This document shows, piece by piece, positions 29,214-39,959 of a stretch of 64,000 nt of DNA (positions are counted from its first letter, which is position 1; the number at the start of each line of letters is the position of its first letter). The notes below the pieces were generated by a model, which worked only from the letters and a program-made list of their open reading frames with translations, was not told the DNA's origin and did not search any database. The translations under genes and the position numbers were made by a program. Source of the DNA: Terriglobia bacterium (lineage in GTDB: Bacteria; Acidobacteriota; Terriglobia; 20CM-2-55-15); NCBI GenBank assembly GCA_965218585.1, contig CBDCLE010000012.1, positions 32,001 through 96,000 of the forward strand. The letters are read 5' to 3'.

Positions 29214-32001
29214 ATGGCTAAAGCCCTGAAGCCATCTGAGGAGGAACGGATCGTTGTCCGGGGCGCCCGGGTCCACAACCTCAAGAACATCGATTTCGAA
29301 ATCCCGCTCAGTGCTCTGACCGTTGTGACCGGCGTCAGTGGCTCGGGCAAGTCATCGCTGGCATTCGATACCATCTACGCTGAGGGACAGCGGCGCTATA
29401 TCGAGTCCCTGTCCGCCTACGCCCGCCAGTTCCTCGAGCGGATAGAGAAGCCCGACATCGACGATGCTACCGGCATCGCACCCGCCATCGCGATCCGCCA
29501 GAGAAACACAGCCCGCACGCCGCGTTCTACGGTCGGAACCTCGACTGAAATCTACGACTATGTTCGCCTTCTCTTCGCACGCGTCGGCATCACACGCTGC
29601 AGGCAATGTGGAAAGGTTGTGGAACGCGACACGGTAGATCAGATTTTCAACGCTGTTGCCGGCTGGCCCGAGGGCACCCGCTTCTATGTGCTGTTTCCTA
29701 TCCCCCGTCTGGAATCCGAAAACGAAATCGCTGATTGCCTGGGTGATCTCAAGAGACGGGGTTTTGGAAAGGTGTTACAGGACGGTCAAACCTTCGAATA
29801 CTCCCGTCCCGAATCACTCATCGATGCAGACTTCACTCGTCCGAGTTACGTGCTTGTGGACCGCCTGAAAGTTGCACCCGACATACGGCAGCGACTGGTT
29901 GACTCTATTGAAATCTGTTTTCACGAGAATAACGGTGAAGTCGTCATTCAGGAGGCCGAACCGGAAGATGCAAATTCTGGACAGCATCGATTCAGTGAGC
30001 GTTTCGAGTGCAAGGACTGCAACATTCGCTACGAAGATCCGGAACCGAGGCTTTTCTCCTTCAACAATCCGTTCGGAGCATGCTCCCGCTGTCAGGGATT
30101 CGGTAACACCATCGATCTGGACATGAATCTGGCGGTTCCTGATAAAGGGAAATCGCTGGCCGAAGGCGCAATCGTACCCTGGACCAAGCCCCGGTACCGT
30201 CGATATCTGAACGACCTCAAGAAGGAGGCTCTGGAACGGTCGATCCCGATGGATGTCCCCTTCAGAAAACTCGACAAAACCCATCAATCCTTCGTCACCA
30301 AGAAAATCCGGCATTTTTTCGAATACCTCGAGACGAAGAAATACAAACTCCACGTGCGTGTCTTTCTCAGCCGTTACAGAGGCTACACCGTGTGTCCTGA
30401 TTGTAAAGGCGCGCGACTACGGCAAGAGGCACTCGACATCTTTGTCGGAGACACGAACATCGCTGACGTTTCCCACATGTCCACAGCCGAAGCGTTCGAG
30501 TTTTTCAGTGCTCTCAAACTCACCCCGAGCCAGTCAGAGATCGCTGAGCGCATCCTGTGGGAGATCCAGACGCGACTGCGCTTTCTGAACGATGTCGGCT
30601 TGCAGTACCTGACGCTGGATCGATTGTCGTCTACCCTGTCCGGGGGCGAAGCTCAGCGGATCCAGTTGGCAACGTCTTTGGGCTCGACGCTGGTCGGTGC
30701 ACTCTATGTCCTGGACGAACCTTCTATTGGACTCCACGCACGGGATGGAGAGCGACTGATCGACATCCTGAAACGGCTACGGCAACTGGGAAACACGGTG
30801 CTCGTCGTGGAACATGACCGCAACATGATACGTGCTGCGGATTGGCTCATCGATCTCGGCCCCGGAGCGGGAGAGAACGGCGGGAACCTTGTATTTCAGG
30901 GGCCGCTGACCGAATTGGCGGAGACGCCGGCGTCACTGACCGGAAAGTACCTCAACGGCGAACTCAGGATTCCCCTCCCCCGTCAGAGACGGAAACCCGG
31001 AAAGCACAAGTTGTCTCTGACCGGCGCTTCCAAGCACAATCTAAAGAAAGTCGACGTAGAGATTCCCCTCGGACTCATGACCTCGATCACCGGGGTGTCG
31101 GGCTCCGGTAAATCCACTCTCGTACACGACTGTCTTTATGAATCGTTGCGCGCCCACCTCCAGGGAACCGATCCTGACCGGGGATCTGGAAAAGTGGCGT
31201 TCAACCCGAAATGGCTGACAGACGTAGTCCTTGTGGACCAGAGTCCGATAGGCCGGACACCCCGCTCGAAACCCCGTAACCTACATCAAGGCGTTCGATC
31301 AGGTTCGCGATCTTTTCGCGTCTACCGAGCGATCCCGATCCTGCGGCTATACGGCTGGAAGCTTTTCCTTCAATATCCCAGGAGGACGCTGCGAGACATG
31401 CCAGGGGGACGGGACGGTCACGGTCGAGATGCAGTATCTTGCCGATGTTGAACTGGTCTGCGAAGAATGCAAGGGCCATGCGTTACCGGAGCGGCGTCCT
31501 GGAAGTCCTCTACAAGGGAAAGAACATTTACGAAGTGCTTCAAATGACAGTCCGCGAGGCGATTCGTTTCTTCTCCGGAGCCGGCCGGATCACAAAGAAG
31601 CTGACAATGTTGGATGAGGTTGGGCTCGGTTACCTGCGCCTGGGACAGTCCGCGACGACACTTTCTGGTGGAGAAGCACAGCGAGTGAAGCTAGCATCAT
31701 ATTTAGCGAAAGATACGAGTGCCAAAACGCTGTTTATTTTGACGAACCAACGACGGGTCTGCACTTCGACGATATCAACAAGCTGCTGACCGCCTTCCGC
31801 CGTCTGATTCGTGCCGGAGCCTCAGTGCTGATCATCGAACATAATCTCGACGTCGTTAAGTCGTCGGACTGGATTATCGACCTGGGTCCTGAGGGAGGAG
31901 ACGGCGGAGGCAAGGTCGTTGCCCTCGGAACACCGGAGCAGATAGCCCAGTCGCGCCGGTCGGCGACAGGTCGGTTTCTGAAACCCCTGCTGAAGGCATA
32001 G
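29214..32001 (+). CDS. uvrA: Excinuclease ABC subunit A (frameshifted near the 3' end)
   Basis: GARVHNLKN, two GVSGSGKS Walker A motifs, LSGGEAQR twice, Zn fingers; frame breaks near 31270, 31480 and 31740; TAG at 31999-32001. Confidence 0.92.
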
Positions 32002-32005
32002 CGTT

Positions 32006-33279
32006 ATGTGGGTCCAACTTCTACTCGTCCTTTTCATACAGACGCCTTCAGTACAGACGCCTTCAGTCGAGACCCCTTCAGTGGAGACCGCTCCCAATCC
32101 GCTGGAGCTGCTGTATGAGGACGCGATGGTGGCCATGGAGGCCGAGGAATGGGACGAGGCGATATCGAAACTCGAGGCGGTTTCTGCAAGAGGATCCATC
32201 CCACGTCGGTTCCCGTTTTAACCTCGCTGTAGCTTTTGACGAAGCAGACAAACCGACAATGCACTGGAAGCCTACCGCACACTACTCGCCGGTGACGCCA
32301 CGGTCTTGAGGCACGAATGAATCTGGCGATCCTGTTAAACGAAACCGGCCGGCCGGAAGACGCCATAGATGAATCGCCAAAGCGGCAGACCTGCGGCCCG
32401 ACGATCCGGTCCCGGCACTCTATCGGGCACAGTCACTGGATCAAACCAACCGGACGGATGAGACGATCGCGGCATACCGGAGGGTTCTGGAGATCGATCC
32501 CGATCTGGTCGAACCCCACGAACGGCTCGGGTTCATCTACAGAGATACGAACGAGGGGGATCAGGCCGTCGACGAACTGCTCGCGGCAGAGCGCCTGGGA
32601 TCGACAACTCCAGCCGTGTTTGTGGCTTTGGGCGACATCGAGTCGGAACGAGAAAACCTGGATGCCGCGCGCACCCACTACGAACGTGCCGACCAACTTC
32701 TCCCGGGCGACATCGACATTGGTCTCCGCCTAGCCCTGTCTTAAGAGAGCAGGGCGAGGCTTCCGGGGCCATCGCGATCCTCGAAAACCTGGAAGAGGGC
32801 CCGGGCGGTCTGGATTCCATTCTGGCCGAAGCGTACATGGAGAATGAGATGTATGCCGAAGCGCTGAGGCGTTTGAGCGTCTGAGCCGGCAGAACCCGGA
32901 AACCTCCGACTACTGGTACATGTTGGGCCGGGCGTACCTCGAGATCGACATGGAGGACCTGGCGGAAGCTGCCCTGCACCAGGCTATGAGCATTGACCCG
33001 AAACGCCTCGAAGGCTGGGGGTCGCTGGCGGCGATCTACCTTTCGCGCGAAGACTGGCAGAACGCAGGCATCACGCTGCTACAGTACGTCACGCTGGAAC
33101 CGGATCACGCCGATTCGCACTTTGGGCTCGCGCTCTGTTACGACAATTTGGGACAATTTGATCAGGCACTGGTGCACTATAATAGGTTCATGGAGCTCGA
33201 TGATGGATCGGACGATGCGCGTTCTTTCCAAGTCCGGCAGAGGGCTGAATCACTTGAGCGGTATCTCAATGAAAATTAA
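32006..33279 (+). CDS. Secreted TPR-repeat protein (multiple frameshifts)
   Basis: Signal-like N-terminus, QTPSV-type repeats, TPR-like segments (MNLAILL..., MLGRAYLE...HFGLALCYDNLGQFDQA) in different frames. Confidence 0.7.
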
Positions 33280-33774
33280 TAACTTGAGACCCGTGGTCGC
33301 TGGGCTGTTGATCCTCGGGCTGATCGGCTGTTCGAGCCGCCCGAACGTGTTTACCGAACCGCTTGACGAGCGCCTGCGACGGATCAACGAAGAACGGGCC
33401 AGACTCGAGACCACGACCAACCCCGTAACCCGAACCCGAATCCAGATTCGCATATCCGACTTGCTCATCAGCTTCGTGGGAGACGCCGTCGATGTGGGCG
33501 ATGTGGAACTGATCGAAGAGCGCATCGGAGAGTACCGAACGGTCGTCTTCGCCGCACGCGATACGATGGTGAATTCCGGCAGGAATGCTCTGAACGATGC
33601 GAGCGGTTACAGGGATCTGGAGATCGCACTCCGGCAACACGCACGCCAACTGGGCGACATCGGTTCACAGCTGACCTTCGAACCGAGACAACCTCTCGAT
33701 CGACTCATCGAGGAAATATCCGAAGTACGGAAGAAATGCTGGACATCCTTTTCCCGGAGCCCAGCGCGGCATAG
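33269..33774 (+). CDS. Putative lipoprotein (frameshift near the 3' end)
   Basis: MKINNLRPVVAGLLILGLIG-C lipobox; start overlaps the TPR gene end; the alternative frame ends ...MLDILFPEPSAA*. Confidence 0.65.
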
Positions 33775-33785
33775 ACGGCTGACAG

Positions 33786-34393
33786 ATGAAGCTTATTAGA
33801 GGCATTGCCATCGGTCTTCTGGTCGCACTGATCGTGACCCCACCCGCCTGGGCCCAGGACGATTACTTCACCGACCTGGAAATAGACGAGATTCGCGGTG
33901 CCCAACAGATCTCGAGACGCGTTGACGTTCTCCTTCAGATCGCCCAGGTTCGACTGGCCGAACTCGGACTGGCAGAACTGGAACAAGAGGTGGAGAGCAC
34001 GAGCGGAAACAGCCGCATCACCCGAACGATTGTGCGTATTCTGGCCCCCGCACAGCCGATGAACTGGACGCGGCCCAGGAAGAGCTGGAAACCTTTGAAA
34101 ACGATCTGTCCTACTTCACAAGGGCAGAGCTCCTCCGTGGCTATCACCAGGCGCTGGAAGAGACCATGGACAACATCGACGACGCCTACGAGCAAGGGCG
34201 CGGAGACATCCGCGAGCCTCTGAATTCGTTGAAGGACTTCATCGAAGACTCGATTCCTCTCCTCCTGCGATTTGAGGTGGAAAACGAATCGGAAGACATC
34301 GCTCTTGAGGACGCCATCACACAATCCGAACTGGCCCTTGAAGGTGCAGAGGCAGCCCTCGATACCGTTCCGAGAACCGAAAGAGATCAGTGA
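33786..34393 (+). CDS. Exported helical hypothetical protein (one frameshift)
   Basis: Signal peptide (...PPAWA) then DYFTDLEIDEIRGAQ; continues in ORF 34166-34393. Confidence 0.6.
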
Positions 34394-35080
34394 CCGATCT
34401 CGAGTCCGCCTTCCGCAAGATTCATCGCGAACTCAAACCACGCACCCCGGTTCCAAAAATCCAGACAGAGTTCTTCCCTTCTGTTGGCGCGAATCATTCG
34501 GCCACACTTGACGAAGGTGTTCTCCGCGTGCGGGTCAGCGATCTCTTTGCGGACGCACCCGCCGAGATCCTCGAAACGGTGGCGATTATTCTGCTGTCCA
34601 AGCTCTACCGGAAGAAGATCGACGCTGAGTACCACACCGACTACCGTCGCTACACGATGAGTACGGACATGCTCGAGCGCGGCCGTCGGGTTCGATCTGA
34701 AAGAGGTCGGCCTACTCCGACAACTGCCCCTCAGGGAAAGTGCTACGACCTCGGCACCCTCTTTGACGAGATCAACATGGAGTGTTTCTCGGGCGGACTG
34801 CGGAAACCTCAGCTCCTCATGGACCCGGAGGGAGGCCCGGACCGTTCTGGGACGTTACGACTTTGACCAGGACGTGATTTTCATCAGCCGTTTTCTGGAC
34901 TCCGACACCATTCCAGCCCATGTTGTTCGATACATCCTGTTCCACGAGATGCTTCACGTGAAGCATGGAACCGAGATCAAGGGCCTTCGTGAGATCGTTC
35001 ACACGCCGGCTTTCCGACGCGAAGAAAAGCAATTCCCCAACTACCAGTTCGCCCGCGACTGGCTGGATCATAGTACGTAG
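34390..35080 (+). CDS. SprT/YgjP-like Zn metallo-hydrolase (one frameshift)
   Basis: ORFs 34390-34866 and 34763-35080; VVRYILFHEMLH...H motif. Confidence 0.75.
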
Positions 35081-35616
35081 ATCACGCAGATCCGTGTGAT
35101 CCATGTATCCACAGAAGGGCTTTGCCCGCAAATTCGTTCCTGCCCATAAATCATCAGTTCTGCCCGAAAAACCCCACGAGTCCTCTTTATGGCTCTATGC
35201 TGAAAAGCCGCATTGGAAGATGTGGGTGGAAAAATATTGTGAAAATCCTCGCATGCGCTCTCGCCCGCATCGCAGAAGTCTTGGATCGTATCGTAGATGT
35301 GATCCAACCTAGTGTTGAATGACAGATACACGCTGGTGATCTCTTGAAGATACTGTGAGTTCAAGTCCGCTCTTCCACTCACCATCTCCAACTTTGAAAG
35401 AGTGCCTGCCCCAGCGTAGGGGTCGTAATCGGAAGAGAATGCAAAGAGCAATCCCCACGCATCTGCATCTAACTCAGGGTTCCGACTAAAGTCCTGCTTG
35501 CCGGTTTCGAAATTGGTAGACGTGACCCAGTTCGTGCCCGATGGCAAACGCAAGCTCGCTTTCGAAATCCGCGAGTAGTTCCGCTAATGCCAAACTAATT
35601 TCGACCCCGTCTCTAG

Positions 35617-37085
35617 TACTACTGTATTACAAACGAAGCGGTCCACAGAACGGACAACGAGGAAGCTGCTGAATCAGGAAGCGGGCGATGCGAATGCGAA
35701 GCGTGGCAATCGAGCAGGGGTTATGTCGTTCGGGCCGGATCCGGGGTTCCGCGGGGTTTGAAGTGTTTGGGGAGTTTGGGGACGGATAGTCCAACATGCT
35801 CGACAAATGCAGAGGGGGAAAAACGGCTCCGCTCGGCGACCAGGAACCCATAAGAGGCAATACATAAGGTGCCATGATGGTGAAATCCACGCCAGCCGCG
35901 ACCTTCGTAGTGTCCCAGACCGAGTTCCTGCTTGAGTTCCTGATAGTCGCGTTCGATGATCCAGCGCTGTTTGGCCTGACCGGCCAGATCGGAAAGCGAG
36001 GTATGGGCCCCAAGAGTGGAGAGCCAGTACCGGATCGGTTCGGATGCGGTCTTGGGCCACTCGACCAACAACCACTCTTTCGGATGCGGCGAGTGGCGCT
36101 CGTGATCCAGATGAGCGGGACGAATGCGAACTGCGGCGAAACGGGAACGCAGGGTCTCGGAGGTGCCTTCGCGCCAGGAGACGTTCTTCCAACGCTGGGG
36201 AGACAACGAGAGGGCCAGTTGCTTGACCGAAACCGGTTGATGTTTCTTGTTGCGCTGCATGCGGGTCGGTGTCCGTCCGCGGCCGGTCAAGGATTTCGGC
36301 GGCAAGGGACCCTGGCCCGGTTTCCACACGGTCGTGGTGCCTTGCACCCCTAGGACGTAGCTAAGTCCGAGTTCGGTGATGCCGTGCCGGAACTTGTAGT
36401 TGTTGCCGTAGGCCGTATCGCCCAGAACCGGTGCCGGAGCAATGCCGTCATCGACGGCCTGCCGGATTTGTTCCAAAGCAATTTGAGGTTTAGTTTGAAA
36501 TCGAACGTCTTCGGGAATAGCGGCTTTGCTTCGACGTTCCGGATCCTTCGCCCAGGTCTCGGGGAGGTAGAGTCGCCATGCCACCGGCAAGCTGGATTTC
36601 GCTGTCGCCACCGACAGGCTCACCGCCACCCGGCAGTTCTCAGGTTTGCCGACCTGTCCACAGTATTGCCGGGCCACACCCACCGAGTGGGTCCCCTTTT
36701 TCACGAATCCGGTGTCGTCGACAATCCAGGCTTCAATCGGACCGTTGGCTTCCATCGCCCCCAGCGCGTACTGTCGAACTTCTGCCAACAGAGCCGCATC
36801 GTCCCAGGGCGCATCCGCGACCAGATGATGTAGCGACTGGTGCATTCGGCGTACATTATCCGGAGCCAATCGTGCAGCCATCGGCTCCACACTCTTACGT
36901 TTGATCGGCAGCAACAACCCGGTGCAGTACGACTTCAACGGTTCATGACGATCGGCGTGTCCTGCGGCCGACGCCAGGCGTTCCAAATAGGCCGCAAAAC
37001 GTTTTTCCTGAGTGCCTGGCGCCTTCGATTTGGCGCTCATGACCGGATGCTAACATAAAATAGACCGTTTGTAACATAGTAGTAA
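35617..37085 (-). mobile_element. IS701-family element nested in the cargo gene
   Basis: Ends TACTACTGTATTACAAACG and CGTTTGTAACATAGTAGTA; TAG(T) duplicated at the flanks; near-identical copy from 63226. Confidence 0.92.
35721..37040 (-). CDS. IS701-family transposase
   Basis: RKSVEPMA, IVDDTGFVKKGTHSVGVARQYCGQVGK, GDTAYG, RWIIERDYQELKQELGL. Confidence 0.95.
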   Translation of the reverse strand: MSAKSKAPGTQEKRFAAYLERLASAAGHADRHEPLKSYCTGLLLPIKRKSVEPMAARLAPDNVRRMHQSLHHLVADAPWDDAALLAEVRQYALGAMEANGPIEAWIVDDTGFVKKGTHSVGVARQYCGQVGKPENCRVAVSLSVATAKSSLPVAWRLYLPETWAKDPERRSKAAIPEDVRFQTKPQIALEQIRQAVDDGIAPAPVLGDTAYGNNYKFRHGITELGLSYVLGVQGTTTVWKPGQGPLPPKSLTGRGRTPTRMQRNKKHQPVSVKQLALSLSPQRWKNVSWREGTSETLRSRFAAVRIRPAHLDHERHSPHPKEWLLVEWPKTASEPIRYWLSTLGAHTSLSDLAGQAKQRWIIERDYQELKQELGLGHYEGRGWRGFHHHGTLCIASYGFLVAERSRFSPSAFVEHVGLSVPKLPKHFKPRGTPDPARTT

Positions 37086-38082
37086 TAGTGGCGTAGGCGC
37101 TTATTTCCATCTCGGAAGTGACTGTGAGCTCGATGTCATTGGGATTTGGGATATTAGCGCGTACAGAATCATTGCTGACAAGCGAACGAAACACGTTCTC
37201 TATAACGTGCCGATGGGAAGCGGGCCGCGCCGCTGTACCGCTCGGCAGGGACGAATAGACGCCCCCATCGCCTCGAAGGGTCAAAGCGGAAACGTAGCCT
37301 TTTGAAGCTTGGATCAAAACGGACCCGGTGAAATCACCCGGCAAGTCGGGGATGATCTCGCTGAGCAATTTTGCGCTGTGTCCAAATCCAGGTAGTTGTA
37401 CAGATCCATGGAAGGGATTGCCACCGCCGTTCGGTAGGGCGGCAATTTGCATTGATTGTTCAAAGCTGTAGATATTAACTAAGGCAACCCCCAGATCCGG
37501 AGTAGCGGACGAAAAATATTGTGGTGCCGGCAATGATGCAGGAACACTGACCGAATAGAGTACGTTTCCGGCCTCATCCATGGAGCTGTAAGTCGCCGTG
37601 ACTTGAACGAGGTTCGATGCGTAGACGGTTGCCCATCCAACTTGAGGTACTGGACTCGTGCCTCGGCCTGGTGTACTCCAGCATTCCGAAGCGCGGGATC
37701 TCGAACTCGACTGCGTTCCAATACCCATCCTGATTATCGAAATCCAGATAGATATATTCTCCATCGTCTCCTCTGAACCAGACTGTTCCTGTCACGGCTG
37801 TGTGTTTGGATTAGCGATAGTGACTGTGGTGCGCCACCCGCCACCGTCAACGATTTGCGGGATGTAGGACCAAGCATTTGCCGACTCTGGAATGCCAAGG
37901 AAGAATGTTTGAGCCGAATTTGGGTCAGAGAGAGACACAGAAGGGCCAAAACGAGCATGAGCCGTTTCACTGGAGGTTCCTTTTTACCAGGGGAATCGGT
38001 GTTACCGGAACCATTGTTGGTCACCGGGTCGGTTGCCAGACAGAACGCACGCATGTGCGGAATCCCGCCTGTTTCCCGGTAG

Positions 38083-38526
38083 GTGTTGTATTCGGCGGGC
38101 AACCCGGTGATACAGGTCGCGCGAATGCTTCGGAAGGCCATTTCCGAACGAGCCAGAATTGACCGGAAAATTATCGTCATTCAGAACGATCTCGCCAAAC
38201 TTGCCCCACTCTGCGGTATGCCTGAAGCGCAACATCCGCTCGCTGAAATGGGCGTCACCGACGCAGTGCGAAGCATCGTCGGAGCAGCCCCTGAGAAAGG
38301 CGTTGCCACGGCTGGGGTCAGGAAGGTCTCGGCTATGTGTGGCGTGAGATTGCCAGAGTCTAACCCGTTGGCGGCGATTCAGACTGCTTTGAAGCGGCTT
38401 GAATCCAAGGGAGAAATAGAGAGGCGTGAGAGGAAATGGGTCTGGATCAGCAATACAAATCCACCCACGCAGCCGATACCGGAGTGGATGCTCAGGGATC
38501 CTGAAGAGGAAGAAACGGGGGGCTAG
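38083..38526 (+). CDS. Hypothetical coiled-coil plus putative winged-helix DNA-binding protein (start uncertain)
   Basis: 147 aa inside the transposon; heptad-like N-terminal half then GVTDAVRSIV...NPLAAIQTALKRLESKGEIERRERKWVW; fold inferred by eye. Confidence 0.6.
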   Translation: MLYSAGNPVIQVARMLRKAISERARIDRKIIVIQNDLAKLAPLCGMPEAQHPLAEMGVTDAVRSIVGAAPEKGVATAGVRKVSAMCGVRLPESNPLAAIQTALKRLESKGEIERRERKWVWISNTNPPTQPIPEWMLRDPEEEETGG

Positions 38527-38594
38527 CTCAACAGGAGAGAGCACCCGCTTCGTAAGCGGGACCGTTGCGGGTTCGAAGCCCGCGCCCCCATCCA
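38517..38594 (+). tRNA. tRNA-like cloverleaf, anticodon CGT (Thr-type) with a non-Thr, mismatched acceptor stem
   Basis: GGGGGGC TA GCTC AACAGGAGA GAGC A CCCGC TTCGTAA GCGGG ACCGTT GCGGG TTCGAAG CCCGC GCCCCCA T CCA; D, anticodon and T stems pair fully; G1:A72 mismatch; encoded CCA. Confidence 0.75.
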
Positions 38595-38602
38595 AACCGG
38601 CC

Positions 38603-38628
38603 CCGCAGGGTGGTGACACACCCTGCGG
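38603..38628 (+). other. 10-bp perfect hairpin between the tRNA-like element and the transposase
   Basis: CCGCAGGGTG-GTGACA-CACCCTGCGG; no U-tract. Confidence 0.6.
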
Positions 38629-38720
38629 AAGCCATAACCTGCAAGGCGCGTGAAGCACCCGACAGGCAGCAGAACCTCATTGTACTGCCCACGGCCCTTG
38701 CAACGCAAAGGAGATCCACC

Positions 38721-39959
38721 GTGGACGATTCCAGAAAACAACGCGCACTCGAAATCGCGGATAAGTTCAGGATCGCGTCCCAAGACGCATGTCGCTGGAT
38801 GGTTCCTTCGCAGTACGGTACTGGACGCTATTCGGTCACGATCCTCGGCCAAAACTCCCACTGCACCTGCCTGGACTGGGAGAAGCGCCGCCAGCCGTGC
38901 AAGCATGTCATGGCGGTCGAACTCTTCCGTGTGAACAGTGAGCGGATAGGAGACGCCCCGAAGGTCACAGAGGCGATCTATCACACGCCACGACCAACCT
39001 ACAAACAGGACTGGACGGCCTACAACGCAGCGCAAACCAACGAGAAGGACGAGTTTCAGATGCTTCTCTGGGGTTTGTGTCAAGGGCTGAAGCAGCCGAA
39101 GCGGACAGCCGCGGACGACCGGCGCTGCCGATTTCCGATTCGGTATTTGCAGCAGCGTTCAAGGTGTACTCCACAGTTTCCGGGCGCCGGTTCATGAGCG
39201 ACCTTCGGAACGCCAAAGCGTCGGGGGTTTCTTAACCAGCTTCCCCACTACAACTCGATCTTCGACTTGATGGACAACCCCGGATTGACTCAGATTCTTG
39301 AGAACCTGATTACGGAGTCGAGTCTTCCACTGAAATCGGTTGAGCGAGATTTCGCCGTGGATTCGTCCGGATTCTCCACCTGCCGATTCGAGCGGTGGTT
39401 CGATCACAAGCACGGCGGCGATAGGTTCAAGCGAAACTGGGTGAAGGTCCACATCATGTGCGGCGTCAAAACCAACATCGTTACCGCCGTCGAGATCCGT
39501 GGCCGCGAGGCCCACGATGCGCCGTTGCTGCCAGACATGCTGGAATCTACGGCTAAGAACTTCACGATGCACGAGGTTTCCGCCGACAAAGGCTACCTGA
39601 GCGTGAACAACGTGAAGAAGATCGTCGGTTCTGGAGCCGCTCCGTTCATCGCGCTCAAGACCAACAGCCAGCCGCAAACGTCGAGCAAGGTCTGGAATGA
39701 CATGTACTACTACTTCCAGTTGAAGCGAGACGAGTTTCTGGAGCACTACCACAAGCGCTCGAACGTCGAAACCACCTTCCACATGATTAAGTCGAAATTC
39801 AGAGACTCGCTGCGGTCAAAGACCGACCGCGCCCTGGTCAACGAAGCATTGTGTAAGATTCTTTGTCACAATCTTGTAGTCCTGGTTCATGAAGCTCACG
39901 AGCTGGGGGTCGAGCCGATTTTCTGGGCAGAAACCCCGGCTGCCCGAATAAATGCCTGA
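38721..39959 (+). CDS. DDE (IS4/IS5-superfamily-like) transposase with an N-terminal SWIM Zn finger; two compensating frameshifts
   Basis: AAGGAG RBS then GTG 38721; CTCLDWEKRRQPCKH SWIM motif; AVDSSG, SADKGY, YHKRSNVETTF; breaks near 39105 and in the G-run near 39225. Confidence 0.85.

Larger units (their letters stand above)
35187..37970 (-). pseudogene. Secreted M48-type Zn metallopeptidase with an N-terminal beta-rich domain, split by IS701 and frameshifts
   Basis: GTG 37970 KRLMLVLALLCLS signal; IPQIVDGGGWRTTVTI domain; removing the IS rejoins ISAYAT|RDGVEISLALAELL...ELAFAIGHELGH...ELDADAWG. The 3' end is inferred across a frameshift. Confidence 0.75.

Noticed and set aside
29214-32001. 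Programmed frameshifting or true pseudogene status for uvrA and neighbours
   Set aside because: The breaks are numerous, lack consistent slippery or stimulator signals and cluster regionally; assembly error is more parsimonious.
32039-32090. 15-bp tandem repeat encoding QTPSV/ETPSV
   Set aside because: An ordinary low-complexity linker after a signal peptide.
38517-38594. tRNA as an integrase attachment site
   Set aside because: No integrase and no duplicated tRNA 3' end; the island ends are explained by TIRs and a 9-bp duplication.
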